The notes under the pieces: model-generated
Seen by the model: the letters and a program-made list of their open reading frames with translations, nothing else
Database searches by the model: none
What the model was told of the DNA's origin: nothing
In this document: positions 21,973-32,842 of the stretch, piece after piece
Layout of the letters: the number at the start of each line of letters is the position of its first letter
Position numbering within the stretch: position 1 is the first letter of the stretch
Position numbers and translations under genes: made by a program
Origin: Aulosira sp. ZfuVER01
GTDB lineage: Bacteria > Cyanobacteriota > Cyanobacteriia > Cyanobacteriales > Nostocaceae
Assembly: GCA_034530615.2 (NCBI GenBank)
Contig: JAVRCV020000004.1
Span: 64,001 to 128,000 of the forward strand
Direction: 5' to 3'
Length of the DNA: 64,000 bases

Positions 21973-22727
21973 ATCCTTAGAACAAAAGAGGTTTGATCTT
22001 TGGCATGAGCTTGCTTGTGTCTTGTGTAGCTGCGATTAAGGCAATAGGTATTAATCATTTAATTTGGATAGAGACAGCCATTCATGCTAGGTTTTGCAGT
22101 AATCAAGCATAAAAATTAATCATATCCGATGTCCTATTTTTAAGTTATTTACTGTCATCAGTATCAATATAAAATTGGCTATTTTGAAGTTTAAATTTTG
22201 AGTAGTTGAACGCAAGTTATAAAACAATAAAATCATCTCCAGTGTCAAAGTTCAGTTTAAATTTGTATTTACTATAAATCACTGAATAATAGTATTTTGT
22301 TCCGTATATTTAAGGCAACATGTTTATTAATTTTAAAATTTCCATAAACTACTAGTAACTAATGCCGTATTTTTACTGATTACAAAAACTTTTTACTGTT
22401 TAGCATTGTTTTTAAAATTGCAGCTTTTTATTCGTGAGTTTCACTCCTAATTAATAAGACAAGTTAGGTACAATCTCGGTTTCAAATTCAGTAATAAATT
22501 TTATATTTTGGCTCTATAGAGTTTTTTGGCTCCAGGTAATACCAAAGCTAAATAACAAACAAAATACTAGTTTCGCTTGTTTAAACTCGGTTCGATTACC
22601 AAGCTACTATGGTTGTTTTAACAAATGATTAGTTATATCCATAGGTTTTATTGGGTAATGTAGTCGCACCGTAGTTTACAAACGATTACTCAATGCTTTA
22701 TTTGCTCTGCTTAATAAACGCGGTGCT

Positions 22728-23504
22728 ATGCCTACCACAGTCACCAACGAACTGAAGCATGAAACTTGGCAGTTATTGCGAGAATACCAGCAATCCCGCT
22801 CGGAAACCGTTCGCAATCAACTGGTTAAACTCAATTTTGGACTGGTGAGAAGAGAAGCTCACTACTGGATGAATCAATGCCATGAAAACTACGAAGACTT
22901 ACTCCAAGTTGGCTGTTTAGGTCTAATTAGGGCTATCGAAAAATTTGAAATTTCTAAAGGCTACGCCTTTAGTTCTTTTACTATTCCCTACATTCGTGGT
23001 GAAATTCAGCACTACTTGCGAGATAAAGGTGTGACTGTACGCATTCCCCGTCGCTACTTAGCACTGCAACAGCAAGCAATTGGAGTTTCGCGTTCTTTGC
23101 GCGCGCAATATAACCGTCAACCTACGGACTCTGAAGTAGCAGCAGCACTGGAAATTTCTCCTGATGAATGGCAAGAAATTAAATTAGCTTGGATTAATCG
23201 TGCGCCTTTGAGTCTGGATGTACCAATACAAGACGGAGAAGAAGGTGCTACAAGTCTAGGAGAATTAGTTCCCGATCCTCACTACCGCAGTTTTCAATTA
23301 GCGCAAGAAGATCAAATTCGCTTACAACAAGCATTGGTACAGTTAGAACAGCGTACCCGTGAAGTTTTGGAATGCGTATTTTTACATGATTTGACACAAA
23401 AACAAGTAGCTGAACATTTAGGAATTAGTGTAGTTACGGTTTCTCGTCGAGTCAAGAAAGGGTTAGATTTGTTGAAAAATCTTATGGGAGTAGTTGAAGA
23501 TTAA
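22728..23504 (+). CDS. sigF: group 3 RNA polymerase sigma factor SigF
   Basis: EDLLQVGCLGLIRAIEKF, PYIRGEIQHYLRDK, LSLD, region 4 LTQKQVAEHLGISVVTVSRR; follows psbO. Confidence 0.85.
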   Translation: MPTTVTNELKHETWQLLREYQQSRSETVRNQLVKLNFGLVRREAHYWMNQCHENYEDLLQVGCLGLIRAIEKFEISKGYAFSSFTIPYIRGEIQHYLRDKGVTVRIPRRYLALQQQAIGVSRSLRAQYNRQPTDSEVAAALEISPDEWQEIKLAWINRAPLSLDVPIQDGEEGATSLGELVPDPHYRSFQLAQEDQIRLQQALVQLEQRTREVLECVFLHDLTQKQVAEHLGISVVTVSRRVKKGLDLLKNLMGVVED

Positions 23505-23666
23505 CCTTAACTACTCCACTCCGCAGTTATGCTGGATTTGCAGTGTTAAAAATAACCATTGCAATACCAAAAATTAGGTTATAAAGGAACAGACTTAGCC
23601 TTAAATCCAAATTTTAGGCGTGTTAATTTCCCAAACAAATTTTCCTATGGCTTTTGAGAACGGCTA

Positions 23667-24566
23667 ATGGGTAGAAGAAATTCAAAAATTTTAGGTGCAG
23701 CCATTTTAATTTTGGCGATCGCTGGATGTAGCTCAGAAGAAACACCGCAAGCTAGTACTCCTAGTCCGACTGCGGCTAATCTTCCCCCAACCGCAACCCC
23801 AGCAAAGTCACCACCAGTAAATCAATCTTTTAAGAATCCAGTAGTTCCTGGTAAACAAGTATCACAAGTTGCCGCCGCAACTTACAGTCCGTCGTCTAAT
23901 TTGATTCAACCAACCAATACTACAGAACGGTTAGTTTTGGTATCAAAGGGGCGGAATGATCCGTTTGCCCAAATTATAGGACAGACGATTACCGGAGTTC
24001 CTAGCACTACTGCAAAACCTGTTCCTCTGTTACCTTCCTTACCGATTGCTAAACCCGCAACAGTACCAGCAGTAGTCAAAGTACCTGTGCGGAGTGCGGT
24101 AAAAGCAGCTAATTTAATTCCCCAAAAACCAAGCATCAACAAAGTTGCTACTGCTCCTCCTAAGTTGACTCCTGTTTTGCCTAAAGTTTTGCCTCCAGTA
24201 GTTCCTAGCCCCAATCTAGTATCTGTATTACCACAACCACCACAACCTGAGTTAGCAAGGTCAGTTCTTGTGACTGGCGTAGTTTTAATTGGTAAACAAC
24301 TCCAAGCGATTATCAAAGTACCGAATGAGCCGACGAGTCGCTATGTGCAAGCGGGACAGAGGCTAGCAAACGGTCTTTTGATTAAACGTATAGAAATGAA
24401 TGAAGGCTCCAATCCTATTGTTATTGTGGAACAATATGGTATTGAAGTTGCCAGAATGGTAGGAGATAATGCTACCAACTCAGCAACACCAAATCCCAAT
24501 CCTGGCGGAAATCCTGTTTCTTGGACAACCCCATCTCAAAATATTGTTGCTGTCAGAGCTTTATAA
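23667..24566 (+). CDS. Pro-rich lipoprotein with PilP/GspC-like C-terminal domain
   Basis: lipobox IAGC, GRNDPF, VTGVV.IG...AIIKVPNE..SRYVQAGQRL. Confidence 0.65.
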   Translation: MGRRNSKILGAAILILAIAGCSSEETPQASTPSPTAANLPPTATPAKSPPVNQSFKNPVVPGKQVSQVAAATYSPSSNLIQPTNTTERLVLVSKGRNDPFAQIIGQTITGVPSTTAKPVPLLPSLPIAKPATVPAVVKVPVRSAVKAANLIPQKPSINKVATAPPKLTPVLPKVLPPVVPSPNLVSVLPQPPQPELARSVLVTGVVLIGKQLQAIIKVPNEPTSRYVQAGQRLANGLLIKRIEMNEGSNPIVIVEQYGIEVARMVGDNATNSATPNPNPGGNPVSWTTPSQNIVAVRAL

Positions 24567-24569
24567 AAG

Positions 24570-24815
24570 ATGGAGATTAAGGAGAAAATTGAATTTGCTG
24601 GTTTGCCTTTAGCCGTCTATCGAGAGATAGCAGCCCATTTACGTCAAGTAGAAGGGTTAGAGGTGAGTTTGATCCCCCAGTCATCCCAACAGTTTGATTA
24701 CCATCAAAGTCAAATTGAAGGCTTGTGGATTAGCTGGGTATCGAAACCTACATCAGCAGTTCGGCAACGTGTTCAGCAAATTTTGGCTTATTACCAAAAT
24801 CGCTATGGTATCTGA
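24570..24815 (+). CDS. hypothetical protein
   Basis: LPLAVYREIAAHLRQV; starts 3 bp after the upstream gene. Confidence 0.7.
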   Translation: MEIKEKIEFAGLPLAVYREIAAHLRQVEGLEVSLIPQSSQQFDYHQSQIEGLWISWVSKPTSAVRQRVQQILAYYQNRYGI

Positions 24816-25205
24816 CGCTTGAGTTCATCTCAAGTACCATGACTATACCTCAAGGTGAGATATTACGTATTTATGCTGTATATCGCACTGAGGTCTAGTT
24901 GAATTTACAAACCTTTGATACCTTTTGTCGAGATGTTTGGCACAGATAATTCCTCCAACAGCCCCAATTAACACGGGCAGTTGGGGGTATTTTAATAAGC
25001 TATTACGCAAGCAGAGTTGATACGGTACTCGCTAAAATCTGTTTGACGTGCAGGGATAGCGTCAGCTAAGATTTCAATCTAATTTTGCTAATTTTAAAAT
25101 TAAATCATTGTCTAAAATTATGCAATTGTAAATTGCTGAGGTAAACTTGCAAGCAAGTAATGCAAAATATTACTCAGCTGGTCTTCGGTCTGGGCATCAC
25201 TCACA

Positions 25206-28037
25206 ATGGAACATTGGCAATTTCTGATACAAAGACAGGGCGATCGCGCTTGGCATACCCTGGAATCGCCAAAGGTAGAAATTTTGGAAGGTCGGTATAG
25301 AGTTTTAGCTCGTTCTAACCGTCCTAATATAGATGTGGAAGTACGGGTAACTCATTCCTCTACCCAAGAGGTACCACCAAAGCGGCGGGTTCAGAAGCGA
25401 TCGCGTCGCACTAATTCCGAAGGCTTAATGGCGGTAATTCCCTATACTTACTTCAAGCCAGGAATTTGGGAGTTGCAATGCTCTGGTGACTTGATGTCAG
25501 ATATTCTCGGTAAATCTTGGCAGCACAATGTCTATCTACGAGTTTTATCTCAGTATGCAGAGGGAGAGGTAAATACCTCGGGAGATGGGGACAATATAGA
25601 ATCAGATTCACTAGATGATACAGAGACTATTTCTGATAGCGGTTTGGTAACTTCCACAGTAGAAATAACACCTGCTTTGGAAATAAATATTACCGATGAT
25701 TCAGAACTAGCAATTGTGACTCACAGTAACTCTACTAGCACCAAAACGCTAGTTGATGCTCTGGAAGAAGAAATTATCGATCAGCCTGTCAGCCCAGTAT
25801 GGGTTAAAGGTGAGACGGCAGAACAGATTTTACAAAACTTAATAGATTTAGCTTTACCTACTTCTGAACCTCTGCTAGATGATGAAATGCTGGAAGCTCC
25901 TCCGCTCACTCCAGCATTACCACCGTTATCGCTCAACCTAGAGAGGACAGCATATTTTGCGCAATGGGGGCAAACGCTGGTTATTAATGGGCGAGTGGAA
26001 CTACAACCAAAAGCGGATCTAGAAGTTGAGATACCTTACTTAGAAAGCCTTTATTCTCTAGAATTAAGAATTGATTTGCGCTCACCTCTAAAATCAGAAA
26101 TCTTGAACCAGGTAAGGCAACCTTTACCTAATGAGGTGCTTCCTTTTACTATTAACTCCACAATTGATATTCCTGCTGATTGTGAATCTAAGTTAATTTT
26201 GGCAGAGATTAGTTTGTATGGGGCACTTACTGACGTTGGGGAAGTAATACCATTAGCTAGCAATTCTTTCACAATTACAGCAGATGTCAGCGAATTACTG
26301 GCAATCAGAGCCGCAGTAATAGCTAGTACAAAAGAACTGGCAGAAAATCAGAATACAACCATGACTTCAGATGCGCCTCAAGCACCTGAGTCATCGGGTA
26401 GCCTTGATTTATCACTTTTGAATTTAGTCAAAGTCGTTCAACCAGACCAGTCTCTGCTTTTGAGTCCATCGGCAAATAAATTCTTGCCGCCAGAAATTAA
26501 ACCGCGATCGCGCAAGAAATCATTAGAGAGCCATCGGGCGCTGGACTTGCCAAATATGCCGCCTCTCCCACCAGTGAAGACGACTGCTACTGCTCTTTTA
26601 GCAGAATCTTCCACATTGGAGCCTACTACAGCAGAACTGGCTACACAGGAAGAGAGTGTAGAGAAGGTTGAAACTTTAGCCGCCATCGACATGAATCAAC
26701 TTGTCATTAAACATCGGCGAGTACCGTTGATTAGTAGCACATTTCCATACTTAAAACCGTTAACGGACTTGTCAAGCGATGGCGAAGCAGTAAACAGCGA
26801 TGTTGGAGATGCATCTGACTTTCATCCTCCAGAAAACTCAAAGGCGCTGGATATCACTTTAGATGGGTTTGATAATACAACTGAATTATTGCTTGGCAAT
26901 CAACAATACCAGGATGAGTCTGTTACAGAAGGAGCTGTACCTCGGCGTTCAAAATTAATAGATGCCTATGTTGCAGAAGTAGCTACCCCGCCTCGACCGG
27001 AATTAATAGATGAGTTTGCTACACCAACAGCTACCCCGCCTCGACCGGAATTAATGGATGAGCCTGTTGCATCAAAAGCTACTCCGCCTAGCCCGGAATT
27101 AATGGATGAGCCTGTTGCATCAAAAGCTACTCTGCCTAGTCCAGAATTAATGGATGAGCCTGTTGCACCAACAACTCCCCCACCTCCTCCAAAATTAGTA
27201 GTGGAAGGAAATCCATACTCATCGCCGCTGATTACAAAATGGTTGCAGAATCAAGGATTCTCTATACCTGAACCCATTCATTTACAAGACCAAGACTACG
27301 ATAATGATGTTGTAGAACCGCAAACAATTCCCCATCAGCCGCAGCCTGTTTCTCTTAATCCTGAAACTCCTAATGTTGAGTTTGACATGGAGATACCAAC
27401 AGATTGGTTGGCGATCGCCCAACAGGAGTTAGACACAGCAGAGAATCTATCCAAAGAATATTCCACTCCATCACTTCCAGAACCACCACCTCCGCCTCCT
27501 CGTTATCCTAAGATACCGCTACGCAGGTTGACAGAAGAGATTGTTGTCGATGATGTGTATATTGAACCTGTGGTAGAAGTACCTGAAACCATTACTGTAG
27601 AAGAGGAAGTGCCAGAAGTGCCAATGGTTCCAGAACCATCCCCTTTACAGAGGATGAGTGCGGCAATTGTTGAGCCTTTGCCAACACCGCAACTTTTTGT
27701 ACCCGAAGGCGAACTAATTGCAGGTACATCTGTTAGAGTGCGTGTGGAACTACCTAAGGTATCCTCAGAAGTTGTTATCAAGCTATGGATTGAGGATTGT
27801 CAAACGCGCTGGTTGATGGATGGCCCCCATTTGCTAAAAGATTTGCGGTCTAATTCATCAGGAACCTTAGAAGTGACGACTCAATTACATGTTCCTTTTG
27901 GCTGCTTAGAAATGCGAGTTGAGGCGATCGCTCTCGATCCGCAAACCCAACAGGAAAGTCACAAAGTCACCGTTACGCGCACCATAGTTCCACCAGATTT
28001 GCCAACTTTGCAGCTAGATGAACTATTAGGTATTTAA
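25206..28037 (+). CDS. large acidic Pro-rich hypothetical protein
   Basis: 943-aa ORF; folded-looking termini (MEHWQFLIQRQGDR.., VPFGCLEMRVEAIA) and a low-complexity middle. Confidence 0.8.
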   Translation: MEHWQFLIQRQGDRAWHTLESPKVEILEGRYRVLARSNRPNIDVEVRVTHSSTQEVPPKRRVQKRSRRTNSEGLMAVIPYTYFKPGIWELQCSGDLMSDILGKSWQHNVYLRVLSQYAEGEVNTSGDGDNIESDSLDDTETISDSGLVTSTVEITPALEINITDDSELAIVTHSNSTSTKTLVDALEEEIIDQPVSPVWVKGETAEQILQNLIDLALPTSEPLLDDEMLEAPPLTPALPPLSLNLERTAYFAQWGQTLVINGRVELQPKADLEVEIPYLESLYSLELRIDLRSPLKSEILNQVRQPLPNEVLPFTINSTIDIPADCESKLILAEISLYGALTDVGEVIPLASNSFTITADVSELLAIRAAVIASTKELAENQNTTMTSDAPQAPESSGSLDLSLLNLVKVVQPDQSLLLSPSANKFLPPEIKPRSRKKSLESHRALDLPNMPPLPPVKTTATALLAESSTLEPTTAELATQEESVEKVETLAAIDMNQLVIKHRRVPLISSTFPYLKPLTDLSSDGEAVNSDVGDASDFHPPENSKALDITLDGFDNTTELLLGNQQYQDESVTEGAVPRRSKLIDAYVAEVATPPRPELIDEFATPTATPPRPELMDEPVASKATPPSPELMDEPVASKATLPSPELMDEPVAPTTPPPPPKLVVEGNPYSSPLITKWLQNQGFSIPEPIHLQDQDYDNDVVEPQTIPHQPQPVSLNPETPNVEFDMEIPTDWLAIAQQELDTAENLSKEYSTPSLPEPPPPPPRYPKIPLRRLTEEIVVDDVYIEPVVEVPETITVEEEVPEVPMVPEPSPLQRMSAAIVEPLPTPQLFVPEGELIAGTSVRVRVELPKVSSEVVIKLWIEDCQTRWLMDGPHLLKDLRSNSSGTLEVTTQLHVPFGCLEMRVEAIALDPQTQQESHKVTVTRTIVPPDLPTLQLDELLGI
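26982..27173 (+). repeat. in-frame 48-bp tandem repeat, 4 copies (ATPP.PEL.DE.....)
   Basis: GCTAC.C.GCCT...CC.GAATTAAT.GATGAG recurs at 26982, 27030, 27078 and 27126. Confidence 0.85.
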
Positions 28038-28148
28038 ACATCCCTAGAAACTGCTGCTGTGTTAAAAATCTTTAGAATTTCAAAAATGAGGCAGAATTTG
28101 CAGTAAGCTCATCTTGAATTGTAGTGTGATTTAACAGGAATATTTTCT

Positions 28149-28289
28149 ATGGCAACTGAATTATTTCCTTCAATCTTGGCTAGTACTGCCTACTTGCCTG
28201 CTCTCTTCGTTCCCATCATTGGTTGGGGTGTACCAATCGCAGTATTTGCGTTTTTGTTTGTATACATTGAACGCGAAGATATTGCCTAA
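28149..28289 (+). CDS. psaI: photosystem I subunit VIII
   Basis: own translation MATELFPSILASTAYLPALFVPIIGWGVPIAVFAFLFVYIEREDIA; absent from the ORF track. Confidence 0.9.
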   Translation: MATELFPSILASTAYLPALFVPIIGWGVPIAVFAFLFVYIEREDIA

Positions 28290-28339
28290 TTTGGTAATTA
28301 GTCATTTAACTAACAACTAATGACTAATTCATAATTAAT

Positions 28340-28371
28340 ACCGCCTATCTCAGTGAGACAGGCGGTTTTTT
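28340..28371 (+). terminator. terminator between convergent psaI and psbJ
   Basis: ACCGCCTATCTC-agt-GAGACAGGCGGT followed by a T-tract. Confidence 0.75.
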
Positions 28372-28439
28372 AATAATGTTGATTTCTAAACAATTGCTAG
28401 ATAATCTACACTACTTATGCTATTCGGCTCTAGCTATGA

Positions 28440-28559
28440 TTAAATTGAAGAACCGATTCCGGCATAGGCTCCGTAAAAGAAAATGCCTAAAACAGTAATT
28501 ACGCCTAATCCTGCGATCGTAGCGACGACCCACAGGGGAATTCTCCCACTTCCAGACAC
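28440..28559 (-). CDS. psbJ: photosystem II protein J
   Basis: GTG start, [47 protein letters not shown]. Confidence 0.95.
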   Translation of the reverse strand: MSGSGRIPLWVVATIAGLGVITVLGIFFYGAYAGIGSSI

Positions 28560-28629
28560 AGTTTTCTCCTCCCTTAACAACAAATCAACACAGGTTCAAT
28601 AAACAAATGATTAACAAAAGTTGTTCCAG

Positions 28630-28749
28630 TTAGTTAAAGAAGTAACTGGAAAACAGGATACCCAGAACAAAAATCAGTAGTAGTCCCAGGTACAGCGAAG
28701 TCCGGTTTAGTTCAACGGGCTGATTATTGGGATTGGGCGTTCTTTCCAT
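28630..28749 (-). CDS. psbL: photosystem II protein L
   Basis: [39 protein letters not shown]. Confidence 0.97.
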   Translation of the reverse strand: MERTPNPNNQPVELNRTSLYLGLLLIFVLGILFSSYFFN

Positions 28750-28758
28750 GAGTTGCTC

Positions 28759-28896
28759 CTAGCGTTGAATAAACTGCATTGCGGCGATCGCGCCCAAGAA
28801 GAAGACGGTTGGCACACCTAAAGTGTGAACTGCCAGCCATCTAACTGTAAAAATTGGATAGGTAACTGGTTGATTGATGTTGTTGCCGCTAGTCAT
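28759..28896 (-). CDS. psbF: cytochrome b559 beta subunit
   Basis: [33 protein letters not shown]. Confidence 0.97.
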   Translation of the reverse strand: MTSGNNINQPVTYPIFTVRWLAVHTLGVPTVFFLGAIAAMQFIQR

Positions 28897-28905
28897 AATT
28901 TCAAA

Positions 28906-29154
28906 CTACTTTTGGATAAAATTTTCAACTTGCTTTTTAGCTTCAAAGCGGTTGTTCACAATGGGCACTTCCTGCCGTACTTCTGTGAAATACTCGTTGG
29001 GGCGGGGTGTGCCAAAAACATCATAAGCCAGTCCGGTGCTGACGAATAACCAACCAGCAATAAATAATGCTGGGATGGTGATGCTGTGGATTACCCAGTA
29101 ACGAACGCTGGTAATAATGTCCGAAAACGGACGTTCTCCAGTGGTACCTGACAT
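28906..29154 (-). CDS. psbE: cytochrome b559 alpha subunit
   Basis: [28 protein letters not shown]. Confidence 0.98.
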   Translation of the reverse strand: MSGTTGERPFSDIITSVRYWVIHSITIPALFIAGWLFVSTGLAYDVFGTPRPNEYFTEVRQEVPIVNNRFEAKKQVENFIQK

Positions 29155-29273
29155 TTAACTTCCTACCTTCACAAAGACTGTTATTGAGTTTATTATCCTA
29201 CAAAGTTTAGAAAGAGTTACAACTTGCAACGTCGTTCTCAGAAATCTGGAGAAATACATACAGCAATGTTGTC

Positions 29274-30296
29274 CTAAGCTGCTTCTGCTGGGGAAGCTGT
29301 GGCAGCTTTGGGGCTATATTTCAGCAATATGCCGCGATCGCCAATGATAAATCCTTTTTCTGGCTCAAAAAACACAATTTTGTAAAAGTTAGCTGCAACT
29401 GTTTCGACATCACGGTCTTTTTCCCAAGTTTGGCCGCCATCCGCACTGTGCAGCAAATTACCGCTGCCACCACCTACCCAAATATCATCGGGTGTGCGGT
29501 AGGCTAAATCCAGTAAACCCCAACTAGTAGATAATTCTGGATTTTGTGCTTCTTGCCACTCTTCTGGTTTCGTGGGGTCACTAAATTGCACCTGACCTCC
29601 CCGTGCGAGCATCCACATTTGCCCATTGTTAGCAAAGCCCATGTTCTCTACCCGGCGAGAACTATTGCGATTATGGGGAACCCAAGCGTTTTGTCCTGGT
29701 TCCCAAGTAGAGTAGAAGCTACCTTTAGCGGACACAGCAACATATTTACCATCAGTAGAGCGTTCTAGGTTACGCACCACACCAACTGCTGCTTCTACCT
29801 GGGCTTTCCAGTTTTTACCGCCGTCTTTGGTTTGATATATCGCTCCCACATCAGTAGCCATCTCAGCTGTGTCTGGTCCCAAAGCACTAATACTAATAGG
29901 ACTACCAGGTAGTTTTTCACTTAGGGGAATACGTGACCAAGAACGACCTTCATCAGTGGTGTGTAGCAGTAAAGCAGGTTCTCCGACAATCCACCCTTCT
30001 TTACCAGCAAAACTAATAGCATCAAAACGATACCTTGAATCATCCAGCGCTAGGCTTAAGGGTTTCCAAGTATCACCACCATCATTGGTTTCCAAAATGG
30101 TAGCGTTGCTACCTACTAAGTAGCCATGCTGAGAATTATCAGTAAAAGCAATATCTAACAGCTTCGCTTCTGTTGGGACAGAAATTATTGCCCAAGGGTT
30201 ATAGCTGGTAGAGGGGACTTTGCTACAACCTATACACATCAGGACAACTATCAACAAGGCAAATATTCGTTGCCAACTTTTCAAAATTGCGTGCAT
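29274..30296 (-). CDS. ycf48: PSII assembly factor Ycf48/Hcf136
   Basis: lipobox-like IGC, BNR repeats (T.DGG..W), RNSSRRVENMG; upstream of psbE. Confidence 0.95.
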   Translation of the reverse strand: MHAILKSWQRIFALLIVVLMCIGCSKVPSTSYNPWAIISVPTEAKLLDIAFTDNSQHGYLVGSNATILETNDGGDTWKPLSLALDDSRYRFDAISFAGKEGWIVGEPALLLHTTDEGRSWSRIPLSEKLPGSPISISALGPDTAEMATDVGAIYQTKDGGKNWKAQVEAAVGVVRNLERSTDGKYVAVSAKGSFYSTWEPGQNAWVPHNRNSSRRVENMGFANNGQMWMLARGGQVQFSDPTKPEEWQEAQNPELSTSWGLLDLAYRTPDDIWVGGGSGNLLHSADGGQTWEKDRDVETVAANFYKIVFFEPEKGFIIGDRGILLKYSPKAATASPAEAA

Positions 30297-30470
30297 CAGT
30301 ATTTCTTAATTTCTTAGTTGTTTCTAAATTTGTCAGTTGTCATTTGTCCTTTGTCTCCCACCCTAAGGGTTCGCCGTTAGGCGTCTACATCCCCTTTTTC
30401 CTTGTGGGTGGAGATTTCTAACTCAAGGCAGTGGATAGTCTACAGACTGAGCAACAAAGATATATAGTAT

Positions 30471-30815
30471 CTATTGTAACCCGTAGAGACTGAGAAAAAA
30501 TAAGAAAGCAAGTGCCAAAGCGCCGAAAATCAAGAGGTTTTTTTGGGTTGGGGTCAAGGTGTTGACACCTAAACCGTAACCAAGATTTTCTCGAAAGCCA
30601 GATGCTTGTCCTGCTGGACCGATGTTAACGAAAGCTTGCTTCTTAGCACTACACACCGGACAACGCCAGATTAGGGGCAATTCTGCGAAGGGTCTTCCAG
30701 GGGGAATATCATACTTGTCATCTCCCTTCTCAGGTTCATAAACGTAACCGCAGGAGCGACACTCGTAGCGGTCTAACACTTGAGTCTCAACAGCTGGTTC
30801 GCTTTGTTCGCTCAT
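30471..30815 (-). CDS. rubA: membrane-anchored rubredoxin RubA
   Basis: CRSCGYVY..W.CPVC plus C-terminal TM; upstream of ycf48. Confidence 0.93.
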   Translation of the reverse strand: MSEQSEPAVETQVLDRYECRSCGYVYEPEKGDDKYDIPPGRPFAELPLIWRCPVCSAKKQAFVNIGPAGQASGFRENLGYGLGVNTLTPTQKNLLIFGALALAFLFFLSLYGLQ

Positions 30816-31011
30816 GGCTTAGGCCTCGCAGAGGGGCAAATATTAAATATACGTTAAAAATTATGACATAACTGTTAGACTTTTCTATCACAACCAAAAA
30901 CGAATCAAATACCCTCAGCGCGTTTGTTTCCCAGATTTCAGAAAAGCCTAAAAGATATAATGTAAAAGAAAGTTACGGCGTTATTTACACCATAAGCGGT
31001 AGATATCCATT

Positions 31012-31374
31012 GTGTTTGTTCTCAGCGGTTACGAGTACCTTCTAGGCTTTTTCATTATCTGTAGCCTAGTGCCTGCCCTGGCGCTCTCAGCGTCCAAGCT
31101 CCTACGACCCAGCGGCAAAAGTGCGGAACGGCGCACAACATACGAATCAGGCATGGAACCCATTGGCGGAGCCTGGATTCAGTTCAACATCCGCTACTAT
31201 ATGTTTGCGCTGGTCTTTGTCGTCTTTGATGTGGAGACTGTATTCTTGTATCCTTGGGCGGTGGCTTTCCACCGTCTAGGGCTATTGGCATTCATTGAAG
31301 CGCTAATTTTTATTGCAATTCTTGTAATCGCCTTAGTTTACGCATGGCGTAAAGGAGCTTTGGAATGGTCTTGA
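31012..31374 (+). CDS. ndhC: NDH-1 subunit 3
   Basis: [30 protein letters not shown]. Confidence 0.97.
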   Translation: MFVLSGYEYLLGFFIICSLVPALALSASKLLRPSGKSAERRTTYESGMEPIGGAWIQFNIRYYMFALVFVVFDVETVFLYPWAVAFHRLGLLAFIEALIFIAILVIALVYAWRKGALEWS

Positions 31375-32102
31375 ATTCTAATTTAACCACCCAGGACAAA
31401 GAGCGAATCATCAACCCGATTGAGCGTCCCTCAGTCACTCAAGACCTTTCAGAAAACGTAATTCTGACCACGGTTGATGACCTTTACAACTGGGCGCGGC
31501 TTTCTAGTTTGTGGCCGTTGCTATTTGGTACGGCTTGCTGCTTTATTGAATTTGCAGCTTTAATTGGCTCTCGGTTTGACTTTGACCGCTTTGGGCTAAT
31601 TCCCCGTTCCAGCCCCCGCCAAGCTGATTTAATTATTACAGCTGGGACAATCACCATGAAGATGGCACCTCAACTTGTGCGTCTTTATGAACAAATGCCT
31701 GAGCCAAAGTATGTAATTGCGATGGGTGCTTGTACAATTACAGGCGGGATGTTTAGCGTTGATTCCCCCACGGCTGTGCGTGGAGTTGATAAACTCATTC
31801 CTGTAGATGTGTACTTACCTGGTTGTCCGCCGCGTCCAGAAGCGATTATTGACGCAATCATTAAGTTGCGGAAGAAGATAGCCAACGATTCTATCCAAGA
31901 ACGGGATCAAGTCAAGCAAATTCACCGTTACTACAGCACGACTCATAACCTCAAGCCAGTAGAGCAAATTTTAACTGGTAAGTATATGCAGTCAGATACT
32001 CGCTTTACACCACCTAAGGAATTGGCGGAAGCGATTGGTTTGCCAGTTCCACCTGCTTTACTGACATCCCAGAAACAAAAGGAGGAAATAAACCGTGGCT
32101 GA
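31365..32102 (+). CDS. ndhK: NDH-1 subunit K
   Basis: [23 protein letters not shown]. Confidence 0.97.
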   Translation: MVLNSNLTTQDKERIINPIERPSVTQDLSENVILTTVDDLYNWARLSSLWPLLFGTACCFIEFAALIGSRFDFDRFGLIPRSSPRQADLIITAGTITMKMAPQLVRLYEQMPEPKYVIAMGACTITGGMFSVDSPTAVRGVDKLIPVDVYLPGCPPRPEAIIDAIIKLRKKIANDSIQERDQVKQIHRYYSTTHNLKPVEQILTGKYMQSDTRFTPPKELAEAIGLPVPPALLTSQKQKEEINRG

Positions 32103-32622
32103 TGAAGAATCTAAGCCAGTACCAGCAGCCGAAGAGTCACTGGTAAAAGCCGGGAAAGTTTCCCAATGGTTGACTGAAAATGGCTTTGACCATGAGGTTT
32201 TGGCACCTGATGTCAACGCTGTTGAGATAATTAAGGTGGAGCCAGATTTCTTGCTCCCGATCGCTACAGCTCTATATGCTTACGGGTTTAATTATCTCCA
32301 GTTTCAAGGTGGCGTTGACTTGGGGCCGGGAGAAGACTTGGTGAGTGTTTATCACTTAATTAAAGTAGGTGATAATAGCGATCGCCCTGAAGAAATCCGA
32401 TTAAAAGTGTTCTTACCACGGGAAAATCCCAGAGTACCTTCAGTCTACTGGATTTGGAAAACCGCAGACTGGCAAGAGCGCGAGTCTTACGATATGTTCG
32501 GCATTGTCTATGAAGGACACCCCAACTTGAAGCGAATTTTGATGCCTGAAGATTGGGTAGGTTGGCCTTTGCGGAAGGATTACATCTCGCCTGATTTCTA
32601 CGAGTTGCAAGACGCTTATTAG
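32095..32622 (+). CDS. ndhJ: NDH-1 subunit J
   Basis: [32 protein letters not shown]. Confidence 0.97.
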   Translation: MADEESKPVPAAEESLVKAGKVSQWLTENGFDHEVLAPDVNAVEIIKVEPDFLLPIATALYAYGFNYLQFQGGVDLGPGEDLVSVYHLIKVGDNSDRPEEIRLKVFLPRENPRVPSVYWIWKTADWQERESYDMFGIVYEGHPNLKRILMPEDWVGWPLRKDYISPDFYELQDAY

Positions 32623-32842
32623 ACAGTGCTGAGTGCTGAGTGTCAGCAGTGAGAATTGTGATATCTCATCCCTAACCCTTCTCCGGCGGCGGAGGAGGGT
32701 ATTGTTTTTTGGGGTTAGGATGGAAGAAGATGAGATTTTCTGTTTACGCAGAAATGTATAGAGATGGTAAACAGATTTTTGAGTTAGGGCTAGGTAGGCA
32801 TTAATATAAATAGGCAGTAAAAATATTATTTTGTAAAAGCCA

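Noticed and set aside
22653..22659. GGGTAA SigF-type promoter element upstream of sigF
   Set aside because: Single short match with no supporting context
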